This document shows positions 1 to 14,160 of a stretch of DNA of 64,000 nt, piece by piece. The position numbers were made by a program, and so were the translations under genes. The stretch comes from Balanoglossus misakiensis (taxonomy: Eukaryota; Animalia; Hemichordata). Within the stretch, counting starts at the first letter, position 1. Every line of letters begins with the position of its first letter. Location: positions 5,522,110 to 5,586,109 of the forward strand of contig CM082584.2 in assembly GCA_040954595.2 (NCBI GenBank), in the 5' to 3' direction. The notes beneath the pieces are model-generated. The model was not told the DNA's origin. It ran no database searches and saw nothing but the letters and a program-made list of their open reading frames with translations.

Positions 1-147
1 CTCATTGTTCATATTAACAGACTCTTTTTGCATGTCAATACACTTGGTATTTTACCTCAGATTTTGATGTATTGCTTTATTTGCAACTGACCGGGTATTT
101 TCAATCTCAAAGTCAAAATAGGAAGCAGCCACACACTAAAGACTTAC

Positions 148-423
148 CAACCACTTTCACTTGAAATAGGCACCATGCTTCTTCCTGACCAACTGCAGCC
201 CGTACGTTGATGTGAACACCAGCCTTTGTCTGATCATTAAATTGTATGGTGCCGGGAATTTGGATGGCACCCATGACTTCATGTGTGATGACATTACCTC
301 TTGCATCGATAGCCTCAATGCTGACATCAAGGTAAGCTGTGTCGCTATCTTCACTTAATACTGTCAGTAGTATGGGTGCAGTCGGGCACAGTCGGAATGA
401 CACTGGCCCTGTAAATGGCGTTA
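148..423 (-). CDS. Divergent HYR-like exon of copy A
   Basis: VTPFTGPVSFRLCPTAPILLTV...AIDARG...AWCLFQVKVV has the CP...A-D...C-F-V-V pattern of HYR. Phase 1-1 exon, paralogous to 30431-30706 and 51216-51491. Confidence 0.65.
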
Positions 424-3400
424 CTGAAATTCAAGAAAATTGTAAAGGCATTTCATATGTGTGACATGAATGTCCCAGCAATACATATTATTATAAAATG
501 GCTATTGCAATATGATAATGTCTCCAAAACTCTGCATTAAGAAAATAAAAATAAGCTGCATTATGTGATTATTATAACATCATATACCAGTATATGTATC
601 AATAACTTAAGGTGATTACTTCCTATCAACTTGTACAATATACTTCATTTTTTTTCTGTTGACTTTTGAGTTATGTCATATTGAATAATGCAAAAATGAC
701 AATTATTGACAATATGTATATACTAACCTGTTGGTGTTGATAAAGTGGTTCCTTTTAATAAACAGACAAAGAACAATGTTAGTTTTATTACCTACTGGGA
801 ATTTGCAACATGGATTGAATGAATCAACGTTCGACCACACACAACTTCCATCCCGTTTGTAGGATAGTAAAAACTCGCCCAAAATGAATAATTGGTAGAG
901 AACGATTATACATTTTGGTGAGTTTTTTCACTCTCGTGTCTACCAGCGGGATGGAAGGTGTGTTTGGTTGAACGTTGATTCACTATATATATCCACATGT
1001 AGAATAACATAAACAGTGTCTTGTATCAAACATAATTAATGGAAAAAGGGCAGAGAGAGACTTTGTCTCTTTTAAGGCCGAGCTTACTTGTCACTGTTGT
1101 TGTTGCACTTTTTGCCTCACTTAAGGGTCCCCTCCCTCGTGATGTGTATGCCCCAACCTGAAAATATAATATAATTGTTAAATCCTAGGCAACAACATTA
1201 TTTTGTATCTCTTAAACTATACTGAGTGAAACTGCTCATCATATGTGGGTCTTTCTTCTCAGAGTACTCATCACCACACAAATTGCCCCATACCTTAATT
1301 AACTTGCTGATTTGTGACAACCTAGCACAGATGCAGTCAACAAAAGTAATGACCACCTATTGAAATATTTGATGAAATAATAATTTCATAGGAATTTAAT
1401 ATTGATGGAAATACATGAAAACAAAACGCTTGCCCATATCAATACTATTACCTGAACAGTATATGAAACCTCATTTGTAAGGTTGGTTATGAGATATGTG
1501 TTAACACCACCCAGATCTTCTGTCACTTCTTTCTCTTTCTTTGTGTTTACATTGCTTGTTTCCCAGTACATGATTTTATACTTTGTGATGATACCATTTA
1601 CTGGATCAGGTATTAACCATTGCACTTCAATGGTCGTCACTGCAGGAATCAACGTCACATTTCTTGGTTCGGATGGCACTGGGTAAATGCATGAAAATAA
1701 TACACATATTAAATTTAAGATTTAGATGTTCCATATAAAATGTTTCTTAAATTTATCTGTACAGGTAGTTTTCCTCTTCAGGTGACTGTATTTATATTCT
1801 ATGACTTGGTATGATGTTGTGTTTTTTTTTAAGTTGGTTGATATTAATACCTCTAACAGTTAAGTATACAGCACATTAGCCATTAGTAAGCTTATTTAAA
1901 TTGACCAATCTAAGTTTGAAAGTACAATCATGATGAAAATAATGCAATAATTAATTGGCATTCAGTTATTCACTTAGCCACTCAGTCAGGTAATCAGTCT
2001 GATTGCAACATACATGCACGCCCTTTGTGTATATGTTCTTTGATTTTTTTTTTACTTCTGTTTCTTATTGATTCCTTTATTTGTTGGTATTATATATGTC
2101 ATGTCAGATTCCACTAGCTTTATATTGACCTATCCAAAATGACCCTTAACTTGATTAACCCTCGGAATTAGAGCAATTTGGGTTTCATTAACTCACCATC
2201 TTCATCCGTTCTTGCAGTTGACACTGGACTCCATGGACTTTGTTCATCTCTGTTGTCAAATGACACCATCACATCATACTCTGTGTATGCCAGTAATCCA
2301 TCAATTATAAAAGTACGTGTTATCCCATCATTCACCACTAACTCTGTGTATTCTTCCTGAGTGTTTGTCTTCTTGTACTTCAAATTGAAACTCTCAATGT
2401 ATCCATCAGGATTACATTTGATCTTTGATGTGTCAGGTACCTGTCATAAAGTCAAAAGTTTACAACATACATTGCAGTGTGAACAGTATCATGTACATGT
2501 ATTATAACACACCATGCAGCGAACCCTCGATCGTGATTCGTCAATACGCCGTCACATGACCTTAGTCATTTCGAACTGTTCCCTAGGGCATCCCTTGGGA
2601 AAACAAGACTGTTTTAGTTGTGACTAGCAGCCCCCTCGGTCGTCAAAATACACTGTTGCCCTCATTGTCAGTCATCATGTGTATACTGCTATAGAAACAG
2701 AACAGCAGACAAGAGACTGTGAAAGAATCTAGATTCTTTCACTAACATACCGGTATATGCCACTTTATGTCATGAGGATGCACAATATACAGTAATACCA
2801 CTGACATAAATGGACTAACTGCTTGAAGTTGAAGAGGTCCCTCCCCTCAGTCAGTCAGTACCATTGTAATTATTTATATACCCAATGATTCAATGTGAGA
2901 ATATAGAAGTACAAAGAGTACAAAGCATTAATTCCTGTCCTTACCTCCACTGTAATTTCAATCTCATTGGGGTCTGTCGAAGTTGTATTTTTAATTGATG
3001 GTCCTTCTGAGGGCACTGAAGAAAATAAACATTTTTATGTTGAGTGAAGTTTGTGTGATATTAAATGTACATAACTAAACCATCAGAGCACAGAGACCAT
3101 TTCCTGCCACAGACATGTGACAGCTAGTGTACACAGAATTCATGAAAATTAGTAAATGTGCCTAAATATGAAAGTCACCAATAACTTTTTTGCAGAAAAA
3201 CACCAATCGAAATCAAATTCTCCTGTTATACATATGACCAATTCTCTGAGGGTACATATATCACTTACCATCACACAGTGTAGTGGCTGTGGTAACAGTT
3301 TCCTTGCTCCCTTCTCCCATTGGTCCAGGTCTCTTGACAGTCACTGTGAAATCATAACTTGTAGACCAGTCTAGACCTGTGATGTCTGTGTTGTAACTCG

Positions 3401-6400
3401 ATTGATCAGGATCAGTTACTGTAATTGTACCATTAGATGTCCAATCATCATCCGATGCCTTTTTGTAGAAAACTAAGTAAGCTTCTATGGGTCCATCACC
3501 AACATCACTTCCTGAATCCCATTTCTGCCAAGTAACAGTTGCTTGAGTTGCTTGAACTGTAACTCCTGGCTTGCCAGCATTTGAAAATCGTGGTAATACT
3601 GGAAACATACAGTCAAACATAATATTATATAGGGCTCAGCCCTTGGTGTCGCGCCAGAGGTTAATGATTAGAAATTTATTTCCATCTGAAGATGCACATG
3701 TGTCAGGTATTTTTTAGTGTGCATACTATTCAGTAAATATCTACAAACTCGTCACATCATTTTCTTGCATTCCTATATGCAAGACGTTTGGGATTTTAAC
3801 CTTACATTATCACTGGAGGTGTTCACCGGTATGTTTACTTACCGTAGAACTCAAAGCTGTTCAATTGCTGAGACTGACCACCAGCAGAACAAGTGTAAGA
3901 CATGCCAGCATCCAAAGAAACACCACTATAATTACTGTACAACACGTATGTGGAGGAATTGATCCAGTGTGATGTGGGTGTAACAGCTGATCCATCCTTG
4001 TCAGTCAATGTCACGTCCGAGGGCGATATAACAGGGTTACTACTTACACCACAGATAATCGAACTCAGTTCACTAGGGTTGACTTTAATGTTGTACAAAT
4101 CATGCACTTTGATACTCCCGTCTGTAAAATTAAAATGATCTCCTGTTAGGTATGATGTTGTAGTGAGTACATGTACATGTATTTAACATTAAAATGTTAC
4201 ACTTGATATAAGTTACACTTATGTCACTTTTTATGAATGAAATATCAGTGGACTTATTATCATAATCGAAAAAAATTAAATGTACATACCTTGACTTTTA
4301 GTGTCAAACACTAATTTGCACTCTTACCTCGTTGACAATCCGTGTTAATATCCGGATTCAACCATCCTGGAGCGCATTCTCCATTTGAACACACACCAGT
4401 TGTTTTATTACATGCTGCATTGTCTTTGCAGTGACATTCATAATTGCACAACTCACCATAGAAACCAGCAGGGCATGAATCAGGAACTATAATGACAAAA
4501 GAAGGACAGAATTAACTCCCACCAAGGCTAACTAACTGACCACCACTTAAGAAACTACATGTAACAAGTCCCTAAGGCATTTAGGGCTGGGGGGGGGGGG
4601 GGGGTCACTTAAATTTTGAAGTCCAAAAGGGGGGGGTCATCTGGTTTTTTTAAACGTTTAGGGGGGGGTCACATACTTTTGACATCGAACTTTTGCCTTT
4701 GAGTCCACAGAATTGCAGTTTCGCGGCCTTTATTTTACAAAATTTTCTAATATGGGAGATTGATACCCCCTCCCACACCCACCCCCTCCATTCTTCGCCA
4801 CATTGCATTTATTCACTGGTTTGTCTAGTGTACCAGGGCAGACTTCTTGCCACCCCACCCCAATGCTTACTTTGAGTGGAGTGGCAAAATTAAAATTTGT
4901 CCTCCCTTACATTGAGTTAATTTGCTTTTGAGTTGATTAAAATGCAACTTTGAGCACCGTATTTTACAAAATTTTCTTATGTGCCCACCCCTGCCACTTT
5001 TCTTGTTTTACCAATTCTAGCAACTATTGTATTGACTTGTCATTTTAATTTGTTCATAGATTTCTTTATTGCAACGATATACTATTATATACTTCAATAA
5101 TACTTTAAGAAATTTATAATTGAGGTGTGAGGAGCCTCATTCCCTTTATTGCATACAGTGTACATGGGATCAGGATGGCGAATGTTTTCGGTATGGGGAG
5201 GGGGGTCATCATATTTTTGCGTCTGTCAAAGGGGGAGTCATCATTTTTTGGTCCTGGGTGAAGGCGGGGGCGGCCTGATTTTGAAAAACGATGACACAAA
5301 CTAGCCCCCCCCCCGTAAAAACTGAACGGTCCCTAAAAGTTTCCAAGCGAAAGTTCCTACCACAAAAACAACATACCCTGACAATTTGTTCCACTCCACC
5401 CTGACTGACAGCCACCACTGTTACATGCACCTGTAGCTATATGACACCCATTGGTGCAGTGACATGTCTGTGTACATCCAGAACCATACTTGCCATCTGG
5501 ACAATCTGTCACAACACAAACAGCAATCATTATAATTTCCTTTTTGTGGTGGCCATTAAACTCTGCCAACCTATACCATCTTGTTTTCAAAGGCACATTA
5601 TACATGTAGATAACAAATATGTATTTATTTGTTTTTGTTACGAGTGAATAGTGATGACAAAATCCAACTTGTTTGTTGCATTGTCCATCACAATGAATAC
5701 ACTAACATGAACAATACTGTAAAACATGTTATTTTCGCGAGTTGAAATTTTCGCGATATTGAGAGAGGCCACTGTTACGCGAGTATTAATTTTCGCATTC
5801 TCGTACTGCAACGTTATCTCCGAAAAACTACTACTGTACGCACGAACCACAATGTTCAAACAAATTGCACAATATGTAGCAAAATCATGAAACTGCAACC
5901 ATTTCAATAAATTACTTGCACTTTCAAACTGAAAACATTTTGTTGCGTGCGTGTTTGACTATCGTTCTATTACTAGTATTTACCACATTGTTCTTTCACA
6001 ACTATATGTACGCGAGTCTTTATTTTCGCGTGTTTTGGCTCTTGTGTATTTGGCTGAAAATATATTGCTCGCGAAAAAAAATGTGTTTTACAGTATAATT
6101 TTAATTTCTTGCATCAACAATTTCTCTCTATGAACCGGTTATACTTACCAGTTGAACAGTCTAGTCCTGTATATGATGTACTGCATGAACACCCATATGG
6201 ATCAGCAATACAATTCATTCTCCAGCGACATCCGTCTAGATTGGCAAATGAACACTCGTGACTACATTCTATTCCCAAGCTATTCTTTCCACAACCTGTA
6301 AAACAAGTCAATTTGGATTTTTTTAAAAACAATTATGAACATGAGGGGACAGCTACTGCAATATACTGGTGTGAGATATCTATTATTATTAATATTGAAA

Positions 6401-9400
6401 ACTAACACTACTCCAGTACATGTTTATATGTGTATGGAAAAAAAGATTTGCATGGGTATATAAACATAAAAAAACTACTGCAGGCAAGAAAACACCAAGC
6501 AGCATCCTAACAAGCTGTAGAAGTTCTGTGTAAAATTAAAAGTACTGATGATATCAATTTGTGATCGGCCTTCAATAATTGTTGGCTGTGAAGAAGAACT
6601 GTTGATTCCAATCAAGCCCTGCTTGGGACTTACATGGCATTGGACTTGGTATTCACAGAAATATATTAACTCAATATACTCACCAGTTTGACAATTACTT
6701 CCCTTGAATCCAGGTGGACATATACACTCACCAGAGTCAGAGTTGCATATTCCTCCATTGTAACACGTTGGACATGAAGACAAACAGTCTGGTAATCCCC
6801 ATTTTCCATTTGGACAACCTAAAATGGGAATTGAATATGAATTTCAGTCGATTTTTCATTCAGATTTTAAATTAAAGGATAATTTCATTTCAAGGTAAAT
6901 AAAAGATATGCTGCAGCTGTAATGTGTTAGGGGTTTTCTACGAATAAGTTTAGCGAAAAATGAAACAACTTTCACAGTTGTGAATCGATAACACATCATA
7001 TCAATGATGTGTCCGTATTTTTACAAGTTGAGAAAGCAACGAGTTTAAATTTTAATATGGACCATCACGAGAATACGCCGTGTTATCAAGAAAAGTGTTA
7101 TAACCCCTTTATCATACATGGATACTTATAAAACAGTACGATTTGTGAAAATGTGCCGAGTAAAACAATATTGCTGTCAAAAATTTGAACCTGCGCCTCG
7201 GTATAACAGCAGTTAGCCCATAGCCAAGTGTGACAGGGCGATGGGATCAGGTGATCAACGTGGTTAATGCGTATAACTCAACAAAATTGCATTTGATTTC
7301 GATATAATGCGACAATTTGTTGATTCAGTTCACCACAACACTTTTGTGTGATGATTTAGCGCATTCTCAAAAATAGTTCCGGGCACAGTGAAAATATATT
7401 CTGTATTTTTACTAGGTGAAAATACGGGCTCATATCTTCACTGTTAGAAAAATAGCACAGTAGCAATACAGGCGCTCCATGTATGAAAACTTTATTTATT
7501 TATTTACTTAGGCCAGAGAGAGAAAAAAAAAACTTGTTCATCGGATTTTTTGGACCTAGTTCCAGGAGCGGCGAGCGAAATTTTTTTTTTTTTTTTTTTT
7601 TTTTTTAGCCTGAAGGTAAATGCGGTTCTCTGGCATATTTGCACAGATGCAGATAAGGCGAGATAATTGTTTCCCTTTTTTACCAGAAATATCTCAGACA
7701 AAAACACTGATACATGTACTTGTAACTGAATTCAATACTATATTTCCCAACACTAACATAGGCCATTACATTTACAGTTGGTGTTTGCCTGGCATCAGTA
7801 TCTGACGAGTGTAGGCCCCGCTTACACGAAACTGAACAGTAATACATCGCCTATGTCAAAACAGCCTTAGTTCCCTGCACATTCTACTATCAAGCTCTGG
7901 ATTTACACCATCGAGCACTCTGCCAGCAGTACTTGCAACGAACTCCCGAAATCGTATACATATATATATATATTCAATCTACAAGAGGCTCTTTGGGAGG
8001 GAGAGATAATAAATGAATTTTGTTAAAGTTTGATGGTGCTAAAAACACATGATCAGACAAATTCCAATCTTACCATGTCATGTGAAAGTAACAAGAAATG
8101 GAGATCTTAAGTTAAACATAAATGTACTGCAGCTATTTAGCCTATAACATAAGCAGTGTCAATCACTTTTCATTACCTCTGACAATCAGTCTCATAAATC
8201 CATGCAGTCCTTGACTTCGTTGGTTGTCATCGCTGGAACATTCATAGATTCCTGCATCACTGGTCTTTGCGAATGATAATGTTATACTTCTCTGACCATC
8301 CCATTCTGGTTTCTCTATTCCATCATGTCTCCATTTCAATGATGATTCAGCAATGGATGTTGTCATTGTCAATGTTACATCTTCTCCAAAACTTACTGTT
8401 TTGGTTTGACTCTCTGGTTTGATTTCAGCTGACAGATGCACAGAGTTATAATTGGCATTCATTTACATAGAGAAATTATGTTCTAATCGTTAGTAAAAAA
8501 ATTGTATGTGACATGAACAGTACATGCATGCTCATATAAACAACAAAATCAACATCAAAAATGGACAAATTCATCCATCAATGTTCACCCCATAGGGCTC
8601 ATCCATTAACCCACACATTAAATCAAATTTGTGAGTAATATCCAAAAATGTCAATTAGAGGAAAGATTTGTTCCTAACTTACCAGAGTCAGCAACCACTA
8701 CCGTTATCAGTCTCTCAGTTTTTCCAGTGTTAGCATTGGCATCACAGTAATACACACCAGGTCTGCCAGCACCAGTGAGAAAGTCAAGTCTTCTTGCATA
8801 GTTTCCGAAGATGCTCTCGTAACTACCTGCAGGGAGTGCACCTCCTGTGCCTGTATCTAGGATTCTTCCAAAATCAAAATCTGCACCTACAGTATTTATG
8901 GTATCACCATCTGAGTATCCACTAATGAAATAACTTCCACTTAAACTTGATAATGCTTTAACATTAACGAAGGTCACATCTAACCGAGCATCTGCAAAAT
9001 AAAATGAATTAATGGAAAGTAATGTCTCAAAAGTGTACCTTCTATGGTACAAATCAAAGAGAATTGTGGCTAATTTATATTATGCATGTTTAATCGGTTT
9101 TGTTCATGCAGACACGAGTGACATGTTTGCACGACAGTGATAAGAATGCTTTGCCAGAAAACCAATAATGGCCTGGTGTTGTTCTTTAATGCATCTGCAA
9201 ATCCTAGCAACCAGGAAGTATAATGGTAAAAAAATCCAAGCTACGAAGTTGCTTGCCATAACAAAATACAACTGTACAACACATTGTTTTTGGCATAATG
9301 AACATGGTCATAGTTACTTTTTGCTACCATTTTGATTATTTTGACACTTTCAATTTGTGTATATCTAGCTTGGAAAATTACACACATGGTCTTTTTAGAG

Positions 9401-9576
9401 GAAAATGTCATCTGTATGCTCAAACTAACTTATGGCTGCTACCAGAATCATAAATTTCACACTGTCTATATTTTTTGGTTTGATTCAGAGAGAGTAACTT
9501 TACAAACATTTATAACTCATAACTTACCTGTGAATGTCAATGGGATGAATAAAACCAGGCTTAGAAGACGATGCAT
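148..9576 (-). CDS. Copy A: Tie-like ectodomain protein (SP-Ig-Ig-EGFx4-Ig-FN3x3-S/T linker-HYR-like); continues off the left edge, secreted-type tail
   Basis: GT-AG exons in a continuous frame: 9528-9576 ([16 protein letters not shown] signal peptide), 8683-8991 (Ig1), 8177-8428 (Ig2, ...GFMRLIVRG as in Tie receptors), 6684-6818, 6149-6295, 5377-5505, 4328-4486 (EGF), 3843-4121 (Ig3), 3269-3598, 2945-3015, 2197-2440, 1452-1678, 1088-1157 (FN3), 728-751 (micro-exon), 148-423 (HYR-like). No stop seen in the exons read. Confidence 0.85.
820..982. mobile_element. ~160-bp imperfect palindromic MITE-like element
   Basis: tgaatcaacgttcgaccacacac...gtgtgtttggttgaacgttgattca. Same intron position in C (~31382-31543) and D (~51887-52050). 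Confidence 0.55.
2502..2690. mobile_element. Internally deleted hairpin element in FN3 intron
   Basis: Fullest version is in D (~53229-53574, ataacacacc...ggtgtgttat hairpin plus repeated ccctcgggaaaacaagactgttttta). Different deletions in A and C (~32721-32824). Confidence 0.45.
4584..5333. mobile_element. PIF/Harbinger-type MITE with G/C-tract subterminal regions (left end eroded)
   Basis: Colinear with 45034-45710. Right end gtaaaaactgaacggtccc followed by TAA. Confidence 0.7.
5717..6093. mobile_element. Tc1/mariner-type MITE (TA TSD)
   Basis: TA-ctgtaaaacatgttattttcgcgag ... ctcgcgaaaaaaaatgtgttttacag-TA. Orthologous insertion in D (~56181-57573) and right-half remnant in C (~35503-35583). 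Confidence 0.7.
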
Positions 9577-9639
9577 TCTGACAAAATTATTTCACAGCTC
9601 ACTCCGTTACGTTATGGCCCTTGATACCTCGATATGGAT

Positions 9640-10257
9640 ACAGTTCTCACACTCCTGGCCGCTGGGAGTGTGGGATAGAGAGTGTGGGATCAAATTGATC
9701 CCACACTCTGTGTTAATGCGCACGCAGACAACTGTTATCTGACACGAGCTCTGATTGGATAATGATATCCATACCCCTCAGAACGAGCAAATATTATCCA
9801 ATTGTGCGATGTGTTGTACACAAACCCGAACTACAATGTGATCAGGTCATGTGCAGACGACAGTGGTGTACGTGGTTGGCGACAGACTAAAAAAAACGGT
9901 TGTATTTTCTAGATATCGCATGAATTTATGCCACTGGAAACAATCTCCATATTTTAATGTGTTGAGCACATTTTTATAGCATGTGTGTACTGTAAACTCG
10001 TGATGAAATGGGGACTATGTTTTGCGGGGCGGATCAATATATGACTGGTCATGCAGTTATCAGTTGGTATTTTATAGATTTAGTTCTTTTTATTGTAAAT
10101 AAACGTTAATATCGCAAATTTCTGGTCGTGTGAGAAAAAGAATCTCACACTCGTCGGGGATATTTTGTCCCACACTCGCCTGCGGCTCGTGTGGGACAAA
10201 AAATCCCCAACTCGTGTGAGAAATAAGATCCCAGGTCCTTGGGAGTGTGAGATTCTA
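9640..10257. mobile_element. Non-autonomous hairpin element inserted ~65 bp upstream of the copy A start codon
   Basis: Ends ttctcacactcc / ggagtgtgagattct, internal stem-loop cacactcgcctgcggctcgtgtg. Absent at the equivalent site of copy B, truncated copy at ~62235-62752 in D. Confidence 0.6.
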
Positions 10258-11233
10258 TTAGTCACATTTGTTTCCCTATATATCGTATATCACCCGGGGT
10301 CAACAATTTTTCTTGTGGTCAAGGACATTTACGTCTTTCGCACGCTTTCACACCTTTGCAGCTAAGTTAGATTGCAATGCATACCAAATAGAATTTGACA
10401 AACTTACGTATTTAATGATTTCTTCATTACTTTTACTCTTTTATACATTCAGAGCTATATGGGTTGTTCAGGAGGGGGGGGGGGCTGGAGGATTTTGGGG
10501 GAAGAACTCTTTATACCAGGCAGCTTTGGAAAAAAAGAGGCTGTTTTTTCACCACAAAATACAGAAAAATGCTTCCATTGAGGCACAGAGAAGTAAATTA
10601 CTTTTAAAAGATTTATTGAAATATTAAACGCCGTTGTAGGCAACAAAAAAATTGTAAATACAGGAAAATATAATCTGTATTACATGATCACTAAAACAGA
10701 ACAAGCTTTCAATTTAAAACCAGATATACATATATTTTCTGTTAAAAATGTCTCGTTATATTTCTCTATAAACATATAAACTGAAATCAAACTTACCAGA
10801 TAAATTTGTAATCTGTATTGTATTATTAATTAAATGTGAAGGATTTTTACTTTGGGATTAGGCCAAAGAATCACTACAAGAAAAAACATTTATAACTTTA
10901 CAACCACAAAGTCGGACTTTGATAAAATTGCAATATCCCTCACATTCTGTTTACAATTCCTCATGATTAATACTTTTTATAGATACATGTATGTACTGCT
11001 ATGCAATTCTGGTATTTTAGCAAAGAATTTGGAAAGACTTCTCCAAACATCGGTGGTGTTGATTCCCTCTTGTTTATAACTGTAAGTGAGTAATTTCAGG
11101 AAATATCATAAAATGGGTGCAAACGCAATATAGACCACTAGTTTGATGTAACCTTTGCCCTATTAAATCTCCTTTGGAGTTTGAAACCTTCGTAACATTC
11201 GTTCAGCCAAAGTATCCCATAATCATCAAGTAG

Positions 11234-14160
11234 CTAAGGAGTGATATTGACATATGTTTGAGTATTTTCATCGCAGTACGTCACAACCACTTCATAGCAG
11301 AGTTGATATTGTTCCTGGGGAAATATAAAGAAATGTTTGGGTTTATACAAATTGACGTGTTGGATTGAACTTGTGTTTGACAGGAGTTAGACGATGGACA
11401 GTGAGGGGTATAGTTGTAGATCTTTGTAAAGATGTATTCCAATCATATCAAGCCTCTGATTTCTATTCAGAAATTGTTTATTTAAACTCTAACCTCACCA
11501 GTGATTGTTCTTGAAAGGAAAACAAGGATGATTGTTACTCTCAAGAAAGTATACCTACCAGAGTATTCCCTTGGTACATACTTAGTAGACAGAGAGGGAC
11601 ATGCATTACTGCAGTAAATACTGTCTATTAGCCATTTCACTGTATATTTTACTCACCAATGTTTCAACCATGTTTGGCCTGAAATTTCTCAGTGTCCTGA
11701 CAGCCTGGAAGACGTCCACCATTTGATCGACTTTGATTCGTTCACATGCAGAGATGGCAGCACAGAATACGCCACTTCGACCAATACCATTGCTGAAAAG
11801 AAAAAGAAAAACCTCAAAATTAAAACACCTGTTAAATATCACGCACAATAGAGCTGTGATTATTCCTGGATCTTTCATGGTCAGCAATGTATGCTGAATT
11901 TTGCCAATAAATTTCTAGATATCCAGCTTGTATTTATCAAAAATAGTTTCATTTGCTGCTTCATACCGTATACATATATATGATTCTATGCTCCCCTCAT
12001 TTGACAATTACCCCACCAGAGCCAATAAAGTCAACATGCCTTTAATGTAAGGTTCGTAATATGTAATATACTTGTAAAAAGTAATAGCAACATGAAAGCT
12101 ACCCCCAAAAATTCCGCTATAAGCAATGGCAGTTCTGATTCACATATGGAATTTCTGGTTGCCGGCTGAAACAATAACTTACATGCAATGCACAGTAAGG
12201 CTGCATTCACAAACACCTCTGGAGGGGGGGGCGGGAGAATTCAAATTTTTTTACCGCTAATTTTCACATGCCCCCCTTCCGAACTGCCAATATTTTCAAA
12301 TCCCCCCCTTCCGAACTGCCAAAATTTTGAAATCCCCCCCCCCCATTTTCTTTCACTGAGCAAAACACATCACCTATCTATCTTGTAAAAAGAAAAACAG
12401 CGCTCCCATGAAAAGAATTTGAAACTGATGTTTTCCCTCATCAGTGGGTATTAAAACTGAACATTGTTTTTATTTTTTAAGTACATATATTTGTATTCTG
12501 TGTTGGGAGACATTGTAAACTGAGAATTGAAGGGGGTGGGTTTGGGAGGGGGTGTCCCCCTCCCACGTAAGAAAATTTTCTAAAATACAGAGCTCAAAGC
12601 TGCATTTTAATGAACCCGGCAAAAGCAAATTAACTCAACTACCGGTATGTTGGGGAGGACAAATTTAACCGTCGCTGCTCAAAGTTATCATGGGGTGGGG
12701 GCAAGTCCCCTGACCTGGGATACTAGATAAACCAGTCAATGATTGAAAGGTGTTGATGAATGGAGGGGGTGGGTGTGGGAGGGGGTGTCCCCCTCCCACA
12801 TTAGAAAATTTTGTAAAATAAAGGGCGCGAAACTGCATTTTTGTGGACTCAAAATAAATATTTAGTCGTTAAAGTTTTCAAGTCCCCCCCTTTCAGTCCC
12901 TAAATTATTTCAAATCCCCCCCCTTACATACCCTCAATTTTTTCAAATCCCCCCCCTCAATTCTCCCGCCCCCCCCTCCAGAGGTGTTTGTGAATGCAGC
13001 CTAATGGGGCCATTTTCAGCTTCCTGTTGTATTTGCTTAACCGTGTTCATCAACTCTACGATGATCTTGGTCAGTTTCCCAGTTTCATGGTTGTGTTTCC
13101 AACTGCGAATTTGAAACTGGTGTATTGAGACAGAATCCTCTCCCTAAAATTGGAAATGATAGGATCACATTTGCATCTTTATTATAATTTTCTCTAGGTT
13201 TTCATGTATGAATATGCATGGTTACAGAAAAATATTTTTTTATGCCATACACATAATAATAAAAATTGTAACAAGACAGACACTTTCAAAAATCAACCAT
13301 TGATAGATTGGTTGATGATTGATAGATGGACAGACCAATCTCAGAAACCATTTCTTATTTGTTCATTATCACAAAAATGAACATTGAACAAAATATTATT
13401 TAAATTTCCTACCTTGGAAAGTGTAAGGATTCGTTTGACAATTTCTCCAACATTTACACTTTCAAGTTTCACGTCAAATGGTCCAAATTGTTTTCTAATT
13501 CACTAGTCCAGTAATAACAGCTATCCTATAAGAGACACAGGGTTAATTTTATATTTCAACCACAACCAGTTGTTAAAGTACAAAAAAATGGATAATGAAC
13601 TTCAAATGTGATACTCACTGTCATTTCACTATCCACGTCGTTCAGCATAACAATGATGTGCGATTTGTGATCATAGACCATTCTCCAGAAATCTACGATA
13701 GTACTTGGTAAGGGCATCTGGGTTACCAGGAAAGCATTCTTCACATTGTATGTCTATTAATTGAGTAACAGATTAAATCATGTATAATAATGTTCCAAAT
13801 GTTTGAAGACCTGAATTTTAAGCTTTGATATACAAAGAATACTTACATCCAAGAAGCTTGCGTTAATGTAATCTGTTGATTTAGGATCCTGTATGACTGT
13901 AGTCAACATGGGACAGTACTTGTCAACTGAAACATGACCAAGAATCTGTGTGATTAGAGTACCCTATATATACAGTTAATTCAAGCATACTATATGTTAA
14001 ATTTCTTCATTCCTCTTTTGTCTGGAACCTTCGGACCCATAACTATGTTAATACACTTACTGGGCAAAATATTGGCAAACCGGTTTTTCTTTCGGTTTTT
14101 AGGTAGACGACCTTTCTTAGATTCTTCTGGTTTGGGTTTGTAACTGTTTCCGTTTAAATT
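11234..14160 (-). pseudogene. Disrupted single D2-type protein tyrosine phosphatase domain of copy B
   Basis: [64 protein letters not shown] (after removing the MITE), [31 protein letters not shown]...TYVNITP*. Exon 13413-13525 is 113 nt between phase-0 junctions, so it frameshifts (TGA at 13469-13471). MITE lies inside the P-loop exon. Confidence 0.8.

Noticed and set aside
1483-3374. Recurrent + strand ORFs (e.g. 1483-1686, 2178-2360, 3156-3374 and paralogues)
   Set aside because: Antisense shadows of conserved minus-strand exons.
9245-9300. Possible extra exon [13 protein letters not shown] with a GC donor in intron 1 (GT donor at ~44509 in C)
   Set aside because: Frame not conserved in C and only a weak signal; unsupported without transcripts.
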